DNA of 64,000 nucleotides, filler included, from Asterionella formosa (Eukaryota), in NCBI GenBank assembly GCA_002256025.1. It is 8 parts of 8 records of this genome, joined end to end, with 100 filler letters (N's around TTAATTAATTAA, not from the genome) between each part and the next. Parts side by side here need not be neighbours in the genome. Positions count along the whole stretch, not along the records: positions 32,236 to 40,184 come from NKIB01012355.1; positions 40,285 to 48,230 come from NKIB01012356.1; positions 48,331 to 56,277 come from NKIB01012357.1; 5 more parts are not named here. One strand, given 5' to 3'. The notes below the pieces were generated by a model. The model had not been told where the DNA came from and did not search any database. It was given only the letters and a program-made list of their open reading frames with translations. The position numbers were made by a program, and so were the translations under genes. This document shows, piece by piece, positions 38,190-49,003 of the stretch (the stretch's first letter is position 1; the number at the start of each line of letters is the position of its first letter).

Positions 38190-38921
38190 NNNNNNNNNNN
38201 NNNNNNNNNNNNNNNNNNNNNNNNNNNNNNNNNNNNNNNNNNNNNNNNNNNNNNNNNNNNNNNNNNNNNNNNNNNNNNNNNNNNNNNNNNNNNNNNNNNN
38301 NNNNNNNNNNNNNNNNNNNNNNNNNNNNNNNNNNNNNNNNNNNNNNNNNNNNNNNNNNNNNNNNNNNNNNNNNNNNNNNNNNNNNNNNNNNNNNNNNNNN
38401 NNNNNNNNNNNNNNNNNNNNNNNNNNNNNNNNNNNNNNNNNNNNNNNNNNNNNNNNNNNNNNNNNNNNNNNNNNNNNNNNNNNNNNNNNNNNNNNNNNNN
38501 NNNNNNNNNNNNNNNNNNNNNNNNNNNNNNNNNNNNNNNNNNNNNNNNNNNNNNNNNNNNNNNNNNNNNNNNNNNNNNNNNNNNNNNNNNNNNNNNNNNN
38601 NNNNNNNNNNNNNNNNNNNNNNNNNNNNNNNNNNNNNNNNNNNNNNNNNNNNNNNNNNNNNNNNNNNNNNNNNNNNNNNNNNNNNNNNNNNNNNNNNNNN
38701 NNNNNNNNNNNNNNNNNNNNNNNNNNNNNNNNNNNNNNNNNNNNNNNNNNNNNNNNNNNNNNNNNNNNNNNNNNCTTTACTTCTGATTTCCTTGAAATCC
38801 ATCTGCAGATCTGTCATTTCTACAAGTAAGCAACCCCTTGCAATGTTCACATGATGATTTCAGGCCCACAGTAGTGAGTGAATGTACTTGGAAGGCATGA
38901 AATGACAGCACCTTTTCTCCA

Positions 38922-39280
38922 TTTTGCGCCATCCTGCCAAGATATTTTTACAGTGCTTTCAGTGAGCAGAAGGGGGGATTGCTTAGTTGGTTCGCACGCC
39001 TTCCAAGGTGGCGGATTCGATTCCTGCATTCTCCACTTGCTTTTCTCTTTCATGTAGTCTTTTTGCACCATCCTGCTCAGATATTTTTGCAGTGTCTTCA
39101 GTGGGCAGAAGCAGGGATTGCTCAGTTGGTTTGCATGCCTTCCAAGGTGATGGGTCTGATTCCAGCATTCTCCACTTGCCTTTCTCTTTCATGTAGTCCT
39201 TAGGTTCTGAGGGTGTCGCTAAAGAACAAAAAAGACTGGTCCCATTTTTGTACCATACAGATGAATAAAACCACTACTGA
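38922..39280 (+). mobile_element. SINE copy 2, with a tandemly duplicated head (139-bp unit)
   Basis: Two A/B-box heads, GGGATTGCT(T/C)AGTTGG...GATTCC..CATTCTCCAC...TTCATGTAGTC. The second continues to GGTCCC...CAGATGAATAAAAC, as in copy 1. Confidence 0.75.
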
Positions 39281-40284
39281 TCCCCACGTTCCAGCGCCTG
39301 AAGTCACCATGCTTGTTGGGATGATGCTGGGGTGGTACGTAAGTATATGAAAACCAGGGCTGACAATGCCAGGAAGCTCTAAGCAGTCTACCCTTCTAGC
39401 AAATGAGAAATCTAAGGCACTATGGTACTCCCTCTGTCCTATAACAGTTGCATTGATAATTCAAATTTCTCCAGGGCCATTTTGACTTCTACAATTTTCT
39501 CCAGCTCAATCGCCCTCCTATTGTGCGGCTTCCTCAAAATATAAATGCAAAGATTAAAATTGGCAACTAAGTTTCAAAAAAACGTTTGGCTTTTTCGATT
39601 TTCACTCATGGCCATCTCAAGCAAAATGCAGATGCAAAGGACCCATTTTTCTTCAAACCATCTATTCTCCACATGCATACAAGGTAGGCTATAACATTAG
39701 AACAACAGCAACTTATCTTCTATAATGGATAGCGCAACCGTGAAAAGTGGTGATGACAGGAAGGAAGAAAATGAGAATATGCTTGTTGTGAGGAACGTTG
39801 AATATCTGGAGGTGTGTTCCCTGCTGTCAATGTAACAACCGTAGAAAGTACATGGAATGATAGTTATTCTAATATGTTATAATTAAGATAGTGACATGTT
39901 TTGTTCGGTTTCCCGCAAATATTTGAGTGGCAGGCTGATGCAAACCAGCATTTGGCTATAAGTACTAAATGCACACAATGAATATTTATATATATATGTA
40001 TATATATATGTTAAATTGGTTTCGATTCATTTATTTAGATGCTAATTATTTCATTACAGAAACAGAGTTTACTATGTTCATGTCCATGTAACTCATAAAA
40101 ACTCATATTTTCGAGGAAGCCGACCCCCATGTAGAAAAATGGTATGTTGTCCAGGTAATTTGTCCTAAGATAAGCTGCTTGGCANNNNNNNNNNNNNNNN
40201 NNNNNNNNNNNNNNNNNNNNNNNNNNNNTTAATTAATTAANNNNNNNNNNNNNNNNNNNNNNNNNNNNNNNNNNNNNNNNNNNN

Positions 40285-41391
40285 ATTTCCGCAGGCACTG
40301 GAAAAGGCATACAAGTCAATTGGATACGTACATAGATGTAGAGCTCCTCCCATTCCCTGATGCCAAGGTGGCTGCAGCACTTTGCATTGGTGGATCATGC
40401 AAATATATCATAAAGGATTCAAGTGGAGTGTCAAACAGCTGGCTTTTACAGTATGTGGTCCTAAATATTTATACTGAGTATGCACGTGACATCGCACTGG
40501 CGCTACTAGCACCTCCCCTTTGTGAGCAGTGTTTGAGCCTATTAACACTGCAGGGTTACCTGCCTCAATCACTAACAAGTAGAATTAAAGCTGCGTATTA
40601 CATCATCGGTCCTCAGCAGAACAGCGACAACAATAAACCAGTTGAGCGGCGACTGATTGCAGTTAATGGTGCAGACGAGGCTCAGGTGTACATTGATGAG
40701 GTTGGAACTGATGAGGAGGCTACAACAGACGATGTTGTGCTGGCTGCTGGGAGAACAAGAACAACGAAAACCACAGGTGAAGAAGGCGGTGGACAAGCTC
40801 AAGCTGCTGGGCATAGCCAAACGAGATACGTGGGCTGTACTCCCAGCAGAGGGACGAGACACAACATGGGATGACAGCAACAGACACAAGTGGGATACAA
40901 CCAGCCAGGCTACAGTTAGCTATGAAGGAGATAAAAAGATACAAGCTACATTTTCAAGAATGTGAAGGATGATTCCAGCACCGCAAATGTGGTATGCAAT
41001 GCAAAAAATAATGAACAAGTTGGTGCTGCAGCCCCAGACATGATGAATGTGGAGGAGGGAGGTAGCAATTATGTCAGTAGCCTTGGACTTCCAAGGCACC
41101 AAAGACACTATTTGTTCTTGGAAGAAATTCGAAGTTGGAATTGAGGGACGAAAGGCAGGAAGACTATTTACAAGGGTTGGGAGGGGTAGAGTCAAGTTGC
41201 AGTATTGTCGGTGCAGGGCAGTGTGAGATACTGTGGCTGCCTTGTTAATTCGAGCTGAATTCACTGCCCATACTGGTGCAATTGACAAAATATATGAAGT
41301 CTATGGTCAAGATAAAATAGTGACACAGATTGTCTATCAAATGATGCTAGATTGTTGCACTGGTGGTCATTCACCACAGCTTCGTATTTAG
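40285..41391 (+). mobile_element. CryptonS-like element remnant with GCR1_C-like C-terminus
   Basis: DTYIDVELLPFPDAKVAAALCIGGSCKY, then WKKFEVGIEGRKAGRLFTRVGRGRVK...AIDKIYEVYGQDKIVTQIV. Frameshifted. Confidence 0.6.
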
Positions 41392-42000
41392 ATAATTAGA
41401 CGAGTACTACATTTACTAGTATCATATATTATTTTTTAGGTTACTATCTGGCTACTTCATTGTTGTCTTCACTTCATTTCCTGCATCTTGATATTATACA
41501 AGAATGTAAAATGCGATGGAGTCAAATTCCCGCTACCTGGTGGTATACCGTGATTACCAGCATAAGCTACTATATATTATGGAGAGGGAAAATACACTGT
41601 GAAGCAAGAAGTAAGAATGGTATGATCATTGTTGCCAGCTTGTGCACAGTATGTGGCAACCACTAGCACTAGCTTCCGCTACGGGTTGAACTGGGAGTTC
41701 AATTTTTTACGACAAAGTTCTCGGTAATGCTATTATGTATTTATTCATAATGCCCTACCAGTATCTTTGAATGTTGCGTGTGCAATGACGGATTTCGTGA
41801 GGGTCTGTTTGCTATGTAGACTAGTAGCTACTGCTGCTTGTGTCGAAATTTTGCTGGGGATTATTAGGTTAGTACCTTTCTTGAGCAGAAAGACCATTCT
41901 TTTCTTGGGTAGTATCAAAACATAAATTAGAAGTTATCAAGAAATGGCTACTTAAAAAAGAGTAGTGGGCAAGCAAAAGTGGTGTGAGGGTCATAACGTT

Positions 42001-42238
42001 GGGGAATGCCTTAGTGGTTAGCACACCCGCTGTGGTGGAGGGTTCGATTCCTGAATTCTCCACCTGTCTTTTTCATGTAGTCCCTAGCGTTCCGGGGTGT
42101 GTGGCTGAAGAAAAGACAGGTCCCGTTGGACCGTATGGACGAACAAAACCCGTATTAATAGTTTCCATTGAAAATGTGGGCACGAGTGCGATTATTGGAT
42201 AATACTATAAAATTTAATTTTAATTTTAAAAAAACTTT
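42001..42238 (+). mobile_element. tRNA-derived SINE, copy 3
   Basis: TGCCTTAGTGG A box, GGTTCGATTCC B box, GTGCGATTATTGGAT tail. Degenerate TSD GGTGTGAGGGTCATAAC / GGTTTGAGGGTAAC. Confidence 0.85.
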
Positions 42239-43619
42239 GGTTTGAGGGTAACATTTAAATGGCAATCACTATAAGAACAATCAATTGCAGCATTGATTTG
42301 CTTCATGTTGAGTTGCTGATGTTGATCTAAAATCACATAAGAAATATTTTTAGTTGGTGGAATTTGAGGGTGATGCCGACGCATTCGCAGTTATTTCATT
42401 GGGGAAACAGTTGTGGTACTCCCGTTTATCACTGATACCTTTTAAAGGGCCTAAAATAAAATGTATCAACTCTACATCACGAAAAACAGTTGGCGATCCC
42501 ATACATGATAACAACTGCAACAAACAAGAGTAAAACTGCAACACTAAACAAAATTCTAGCAACACAAAAATCGAAATGAAAATCAATGGGCAACAAGTCT
42601 TGGGCCTCAAGGCCAACAACAACAGACTTTCTTGTGACATTCACCATGCCTGTGGTCTTAATATTGTGCCAAGTAGTTTCATTGGGTTTATGAAATTTAT
42701 CGTTATGGACCATTTGTTAGATGAAGAAGAGACTGCTATCGCTGTTCTTTTGTTGTGAGACAATAGAGAAGGCACAAGGGAGGATGCATGGCAGCGCTTA
42801 TAGTTGGTTTTATTGGCAAACATTCAATGAAAAATGCTTTGATTTACATTGGGAGGTTGCTGAGGTGTAGGAGCAATTGGAAAATCCTTGGCGGTCTCTG
42901 TGAGGCGCAAGAGTGAATGTGGATTTGGAGTGGCAAAGTTTTTTCTTTCTTGACGCCGTCATCGTCAAAAAGGAGCCAATCGAAGTAGATATGATTGACG
43001 TTGACAATGTTGAAAATTTGAACAACTTAAACTAGTTAGAAAGCATCAGCTGGTAAAAAAACAAAAATACGAGCAGGAAATAGAAAAATGGAATTGTATT
43101 TGTATTTTTCAATAATATGCAATTCAAGTGTCCTCAATATTTTTAGTAGTCATTATCTTTATCAATTGCATTTCTAGAGCTAAAATGAATAGTCATCATT
43201 GAATAAACATTCTATATTCTATATGTTACAGGCAGGGAAAGTAGATTGTTCTAATGCAGCAGTCACTAGTCTAGGGCATATTTGGAACTTGAGTTGCTTG
43301 CTCATTGTTGGATCTGTGTCAGCTTAGTTGAATCATGTGAACTGCCTAGAGCAGTCACATCAGATTGGTATGGGTTGTGGGTATCACTACTGTGTTCAGG
43401 ATTGTGTAGACATGCATGGTGGAATGATATCACATTGATACTAGCTCACTGGCTTTTCAATCTTGCATGGATGCTTTGCTTTTGGAGGTGAATTAAGCAT
43501 AAGGCGAGCAACCTCCACTGGCTGCCAAAACCCCTCACTCCATTACAGCCAGAATGAAAACAAATCAAGCAATCAAATGTTCCATCATGGTCACAAACCT
43601 CTTCCTCTACCTCCACATT

Positions 43620-43800
43620 TCCACCATCAGCCTCCATGAATGCAATTGCAAATTCATAGCCTGCTCCATTGCCTCTAATTGAATAGGTAACAACCCCTGT
43701 CTCTGCAATGCCTCTTTTCCCGCATGTGGAATATTGTAATTGTTTCTACTGTGGCATAATAAAATGTATTCCAAACAACTCTGCAATGTGAGAAACGTGA
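43620..43800 (-). mobile_element. mariner-like (DD39D-type) transposase C-terminal fragment
   Basis: FLTLQSCLEYILLCHSRNNYNIPHAGKEALQRQGLLP matches the FLTLQxC...NxYxIPHxxKxxLxRxGxLP motif. Confidence 0.65.
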
Positions 43801-44495
43801 AGGAATTCCTTTTTTTTCTTGCACACCTCCTGGCAAGACCAAATGGGGCACTCCTGGGGGTCAACCCAACAATGACTGCTTTTCTGGAGGAGTTCATTAT
43901 GCGGTAATCGAACAACACAACACAACTTCACTTCTGCCGAAGGCCAGTATGTACCGGTAGCTACATACCAGTAAGCCATCCTTCGAGCCATCGAACCATC
44001 ACACAACTTTACTCCGAGAACATCAGCCAAAGGCAACGTGTTCTACGACGATATATACCAAAGGTCCCCTTCGAGCTCCTTTCATAATCTTTGTAGAGTT
44101 CGTAGGTAATAAGATAAACGGCCAAACTCCTTGCTGTTATAAAAATATGCTGAACGTACGCACGGTACCTGATACTCCTACCAGGTTCTACCTGTTACCG
44201 GTATATAGCAGACTACCTACTGCCAGGTACCAGGTACCGGTAGGTACACTAGTGAAATAATTATTATTTTATATATTCATACATGTATAGGATCATATGG
44301 GAGGGAATATCCTGGAGATCATGCATGGAAAGATAAATTGTACCGCTGTATTTGCTGTGAAAACTTTTTTGTTGTATGTATGTATGTAAGATTGATACTG
44401 CTTCATGTGTAGTACCAAGTACAAATTCTTTTACATACATACCGGAAATATACCCATTTGAGGCAATAAATTTAATTCTGGACCAACTTCTGCCC

Positions 44496-44951
44496 ATGTT
44501 CCCAAAACGGAGAACAATAACTCGCACCAGTGGAACACCTACATTGAGTCTTCTCATCGCTGTTGGCTTCACGTTCGTCCTCATATCCCTTCGATCAATG
44601 GCGTCAAAGGTTGTACCAGCTTTCTCTTTGATTGTTAACCTTGAATTTAAGGAAGAATCATTCAAGAATCAGTTTCTGAACGACATTGCTCCTCTCGCAA
44701 AACATGTAAAGGAGAACGAACCAGATACACTTGCATACGAAGTATTGCTGAATGACAAGGAGCCTCTCAAGGTAATGATTCTTGAACGGTACAAAGACAA
44801 GGACCTTTCGTTTTCAAATGTGCATCGGTCGTCAAAACCTTTTCAAGAATTTCGCCCCAAACTAAAGGCAATGATTGACGAAGGACACGTTTCTATGGAG
44901 GGGAATTCCTATATAGATTCCACGGTGGGATTCGGAGACCGAGTTGAATAG
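44496..44951 (+). CDS. Antibiotic biosynthesis monooxygenase (ABM, dimeric alpha/beta barrel) domain protein
   Basis: Hydrophobic N-terminus, then ENEPDTLAYEV...ILERYKDK...HRSSKPF. Confidence 0.78.
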   Translation: MFPKRRTITRTSGTPTLSLLIAVGFTFVLISLRSMASKVVPAFSLIVNLEFKEESFKNQFLNDIAPLAKHVKENEPDTLAYEVLLNDKEPLKVMILERYKDKDLSFSNVHRSSKPFQEFRPKLKAMIDEGHVSMEGNSYIDSTVGFGDRVE

Positions 44952-45196
44952 GCCTGCATATCTGGCCGAAGAACTGAAAATTGGGAGTTGGCCATGTACT
45001 ACTTGTAGCCTTCCACTAGTGACATGTTTTAAAATCTTAGGTGACAGGTTCTTCGTTTGAAAGTGAACACAGCTTGTATGGCATTATTTCGTTCGCATGC
45101 TTTGTTTCAGGAAGTAGTCCACGTTACCGTCTATGCGGCTATGTACGGTATGCGGTACGGGATTATTGTAAGAATCCCAAACCTGTCATTTGCTCT

Positions 45197-46277
45197 CTAA
45201 AAGATGAACCAATCCTTTTCCGTAAATCCCAAAGCTTCTAGATTTGGAATACACGCAAACTATAAATGATAATCATAGGGAAAATGAGAAATGAGCAATG
45301 CGCAGCAGACAGCTTGGGAACCGGTATTGGAACAAAAGGGAAAACCTACCTTCGTCATTGGCGGAGGCCCACACATGTAAATCTGAGTTGACGTGCCATT
45401 GGGAATAAACAAATATTTGGCAATCATTTCCTTGGTGATGAAACCAGAGCTGTATTTCCATCCAGGAGGAGGCCGATCTACTGTGTAGTGCAACTGAAAG
45501 CGATCCGGATACTCCGCGGCCAAAGCCTCCAGTTCGGGCTTAACCAAAATATCATCCTCGCCTGCGATCGGACGAAAAGCAACAAAGAAGCCAATGAGAA
45601 ATTCATGCTATGTGCAAATTATTTTTCCAGTGGCTTCACATGCACTTACTCTGGTTTGCGTAAAGTAACTTGATGACTGTTTTGTCTGATGGATTATCAA
45701 AGATGGCATGAATAACTTGCAGCATAGGTGTAATGCCAGTGCCTCCAGCAATCATGCCAATGTGAGTGGCCTCTCGTGTTTCAAGCGGCTTCTTCATAAG
45801 CTTGACTGTGAATTTTCCATTCCCTAACCAAGTCAAGTGTCCCTTGGGGCCCTTCATGTTGATTGTGTCACCGACTTTAAGGCTGTCCAAATGCTGACTG
45901 AGTTTGCCTCCCTCAGGGAACTTGGGATGAACCCCAGCCTTGTACACCTTGATAACAAACGAGACCTTGCCGAAATCCTTGTCCGACGTGACTGGTGTAT
46001 AAGATCTTTGGTGTGACTTGCCTTCAGAGTCAGTGAACATGAGTGTCATGTGCTGACCAATAGGCAAGCCAAGCTTGTGCCTGGGAGTGGGCAGCGCAAA
46101 GGTAAATCGCCGAGTATCATGTGAGAGATCCTCTTTCGTTACAAGAGGGTATTGTTTAAACTCGGAGGAGAGCGCCGAGGGGTGCGCATCTCTAAGGAAG
46201 TACAGTGTTGTCACGAGAATGAGGATAATAGCAAAAGCGATCGCAGGAAGCGCCTCGTAAGAAAGCAAAGCATCCAT
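45197..46277 (-). CDS. NADH-cytochrome b5 reductase (exons 46277-45650, 45561-45350, 45259-45197)
   Basis: N-terminal TM anchor, LGLPIGQH, RSYTP, GGKLSQHL, AGGTGITPM, CGPPPM and a terminal F. Two GT-AG introns. Confidence 0.93.
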
Positions 46278-46565
46278 GGTTTGATATGGCTCGGTACTTT
46301 TGCTGGGCGCAATTAATGCCACGGTCCAGAATTTGTGAACTTAAGATCGGCAAAGTCAGTCTGCAATCGTTGAAGCAATGTTGAGAAGGCCATGATGACG
46401 GGGTTGCAAACAAAGGTCCAGTGGCAACAAACCGTTTTGGACCTTGGTATCATCATACTGTGGGTGATGAGCAACGCAATTCACAGTACGATGACGTTGG
46501 GGAACCAGGATTTCCGGTGCTCGAGTCCAGTCGAGTGAGTAGCAGTAAATATTTGGTATTGTAAA

Positions 46566-46666
46566 GGGATCGGCTTAGTGGTTGAGCACGTTGCCTTTGA
46601 TCTGTGGTTGTGAGGTTCGATTCCCGCAAAAAATTTGAGAAGCAATTGTTGGGTTCGACTCCCACA
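46566..46666 (+). pseudogene. tRNA-like Pol III element with one A box and two B boxes
   Basis: CGGCTTAGTGG (46571), GGTTCGATTCC (46614), GGTTCGACTCC (46652). No acceptor stem or anticodon stem. Confidence 0.5.
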
Positions 46667-46877
46667 CTCCTTACCCTCCTGCATGGTCTTGCCTTGATTG
46701 CTTTATTTAACCTAAATGTATAGAGAAAATATTAACTTTATCAATGAGCTTTACTAATGTTGAAGCTGAACTACCTTGATTGATCTAGCATATAGGGATA
46801 GTGAGACTAGTATTATGTCCACAAATCCAAATACATGATTCAGCTATAGACATCTAGAACTAACATTTAGCCTTGTG

Positions 46878-47109
46878 TTGGGAAATGGCTTAGTGGCTAG
46901 CACACCTTCCGCAGTGGCGGGTTCGATTCCTACATTCTCCACCTGTCTTTTCATGTTGTTCCTAGGGTTCCGGGGGTTGTGGCTGATGAAAAGACAGGTC
47001 CCGTAATCTGTCAAACAAAATCGGGATTAGTTGTTTCCATTGAACATGTGGGCAAGAGTGCGATTATTGGATAATAGCTTTAATGGACTATAAATTTTAT
47101 TTCAATTTT
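46878..47109 (+). mobile_element. tRNA-derived SINE, copy 4 (best preserved)
   Basis: Perfect A box TGGCTTAGTGG (46886) and B box GGTTCGATTCC (46920). Perfect 12-bp TSD TTTAGCCTTGTG (46866-46877 and 47110-47121). Confidence 0.9.
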
Positions 47110-48330
47110 TTTAGCCTTGTGCTAAGAGACATGAACCCACCAGGCCACTTACTACAATGTCTGGTCTCAACATATGCATTCATTCCCAAAATAGATTAAG
47201 AGTCACTTAGTAGACTAAACTATGGCTGACTTAGTACTAGAACTTTTAAGTAATAATTCTACTAATTATCAAAGCCAGGATTGGCCAGAGCAAAGATAAG
47301 TGAATGAACTAGATTAACCTTATACCTAAACCATGGGTAACAAGAAGTCCTAGCTAAGGGCACAAGGGTTCTTGAATGACACCTACAGGGTTATTGAAGA
47401 GACCCTCCAAGGTTAGAACCAAACAGTGAGAAAATATTGGCAAACTAAAAATTAACCCACTTCTTGGATATTCCATGAACTCATCTTGGTTTAATCACCA
47501 AGATAGCCTAGGGCAGTGTGTATAAACAAAGAATACTAACTTCAATGTTGTTATTGAGTTGATTGTTACTTGTCCTTTGTAATCATTGTTCTGCTCTGTC
47601 TGTCTACATTCCTACTTCCCTCCCAGTACTGCTGCTTTTTACCAAGGTGAGCAAAGCACCAATTGAGTACACTTTCTGGTACACTACTGAAGACAAGTAT
47701 TCCTTATTCCTTGAATGCTTACAATATTGGATTGAACGGCTGTTCCATTCAGGTGCATCATATTCATTGAATTCGGTGTGCAAATCATATATACTGTCAG
47801 TTGCAAAATTCATCATAGGTTTGCTTTGCCAAAAGTTTCTACAATATTTCCAGAACTAAAATGCAACCTGTCAAATCATGAATGATGGTATAAATGAACC
47901 CATTAAATGATAATCTGTTTTATAGCCCATTCCTACTCCCCTTTTTCAAGGCAAGTATTCATTGTGCTACCTGCTGACAAGACCTGTGTTTCCCTAGTTT
48001 TGTTTGTGTAGCAGGTGAGTCCCCAACCACCTTTCGCAAAAGGTGATAGTCTTAGCCGCAGAGTTAGGGAAAATTCCGACAGCCTAGGAAGGCGGCACAA
48101 GCTGCTTGTTGTAGGGGGGGGGGACTAAACAACCATGGAAACTTTTGCACTGTTTAGCATCTTACTTCCTATCTAATCCGGACTTCTTCAAACGCATTGC
48201 TAAAGTTGAAATCTTGTGTGACTACAGCCTNNNNNNNNNNNNNNNNNNNNNNNNNNNNNNNNNNNNNNNNNNNNTTAATTAATTAANNNNNNNNNNNNNN
48301 NNNNNNNNNNNNNNNNNNNNNNNNNNNNNN

Positions 48331-48551
48331 ATGGCAGTACTGGCACCAGTGTGGGAAATGTGATTATCACCAATAAGGATGGCAGTGTTACAACTGTTGA
48401 GAAGACCTGGACTTTCATGAAATGCCCTGATAATGAGGTGCACATTATGGGTCACCATTCATCAATTCCTTATGCTCCAACCACTGGAGAAGCAGTTGCT
48501 GAGAAGAAACCCCTTGGTCGTTTCTACAGATTTTTCGGAAAGGCCAAATAA
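48331..48551 (+). CDS. C-terminal fragment of a COG4337-type (iota-class) carbonic anhydrase-like protein
   Basis: GNVIITNKDGSVTTVEKTWTFMK...IMGHHSSIPY, with the HHSS motif. The 5' part is lost at the contig edge. Confidence 0.65.
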
Positions 48552-49003
48552 ATGGGAACTTTACTGAAGACATGAATTTGCTTTCTGGGAGAGAATCTCT
48601 TATCATTTGTCTACTGAACTTTAATTATAAATAATTAGCTTGCATTTCAACATTTTTCCTGCCTTATTCCTCCAGGGACAACAAATATGATATGCATAGT
48701 ACCACATATTATTGCATAGCATTTTTATTTTCTTGCCACTTTGATTGGAGTGGTACCTGGGACTCTAGAAGGAGTAGACCCTACCAGGTAAATTTTCATG
48801 GCTTTGTTATTACTTTTCCTCCAGGGACAATAAATATTTACGTGCATATATGCATACCACATTACAGTTTTTAACACCATCGTGCATGTCAGTTTTTTGT
48901 AACTGCCTGGGACACTATGTATGTACTGGTATGTACATATGAGGAGCACCTGGCACCTGTTACTTGGCACTGATACTGGGTACCAGGTTGTTGAGGGGAA
49001 CCT

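Noticed and set aside
42001..42075. Functional tRNA genes at the SINE heads
   Set aside because: A-B box spacing is too short, there is no acceptor stem, and they sit inside TSD-flanked repeats.
46975..47025. Hammerhead ribozyme in the SINE (CTGATGA...GACAG/CTGTC...AAAC)
   Set aside because: There is no GAAA core after stem II, there are extra As after CTGATGA, and the pairing is not kept in other copies. The CTGATGA lies in the long hairpin instead.
47122..48230. Copia RT remnant on the minus strand (LRPDI)
   Set aside because: Only one short motif; too decayed to support.
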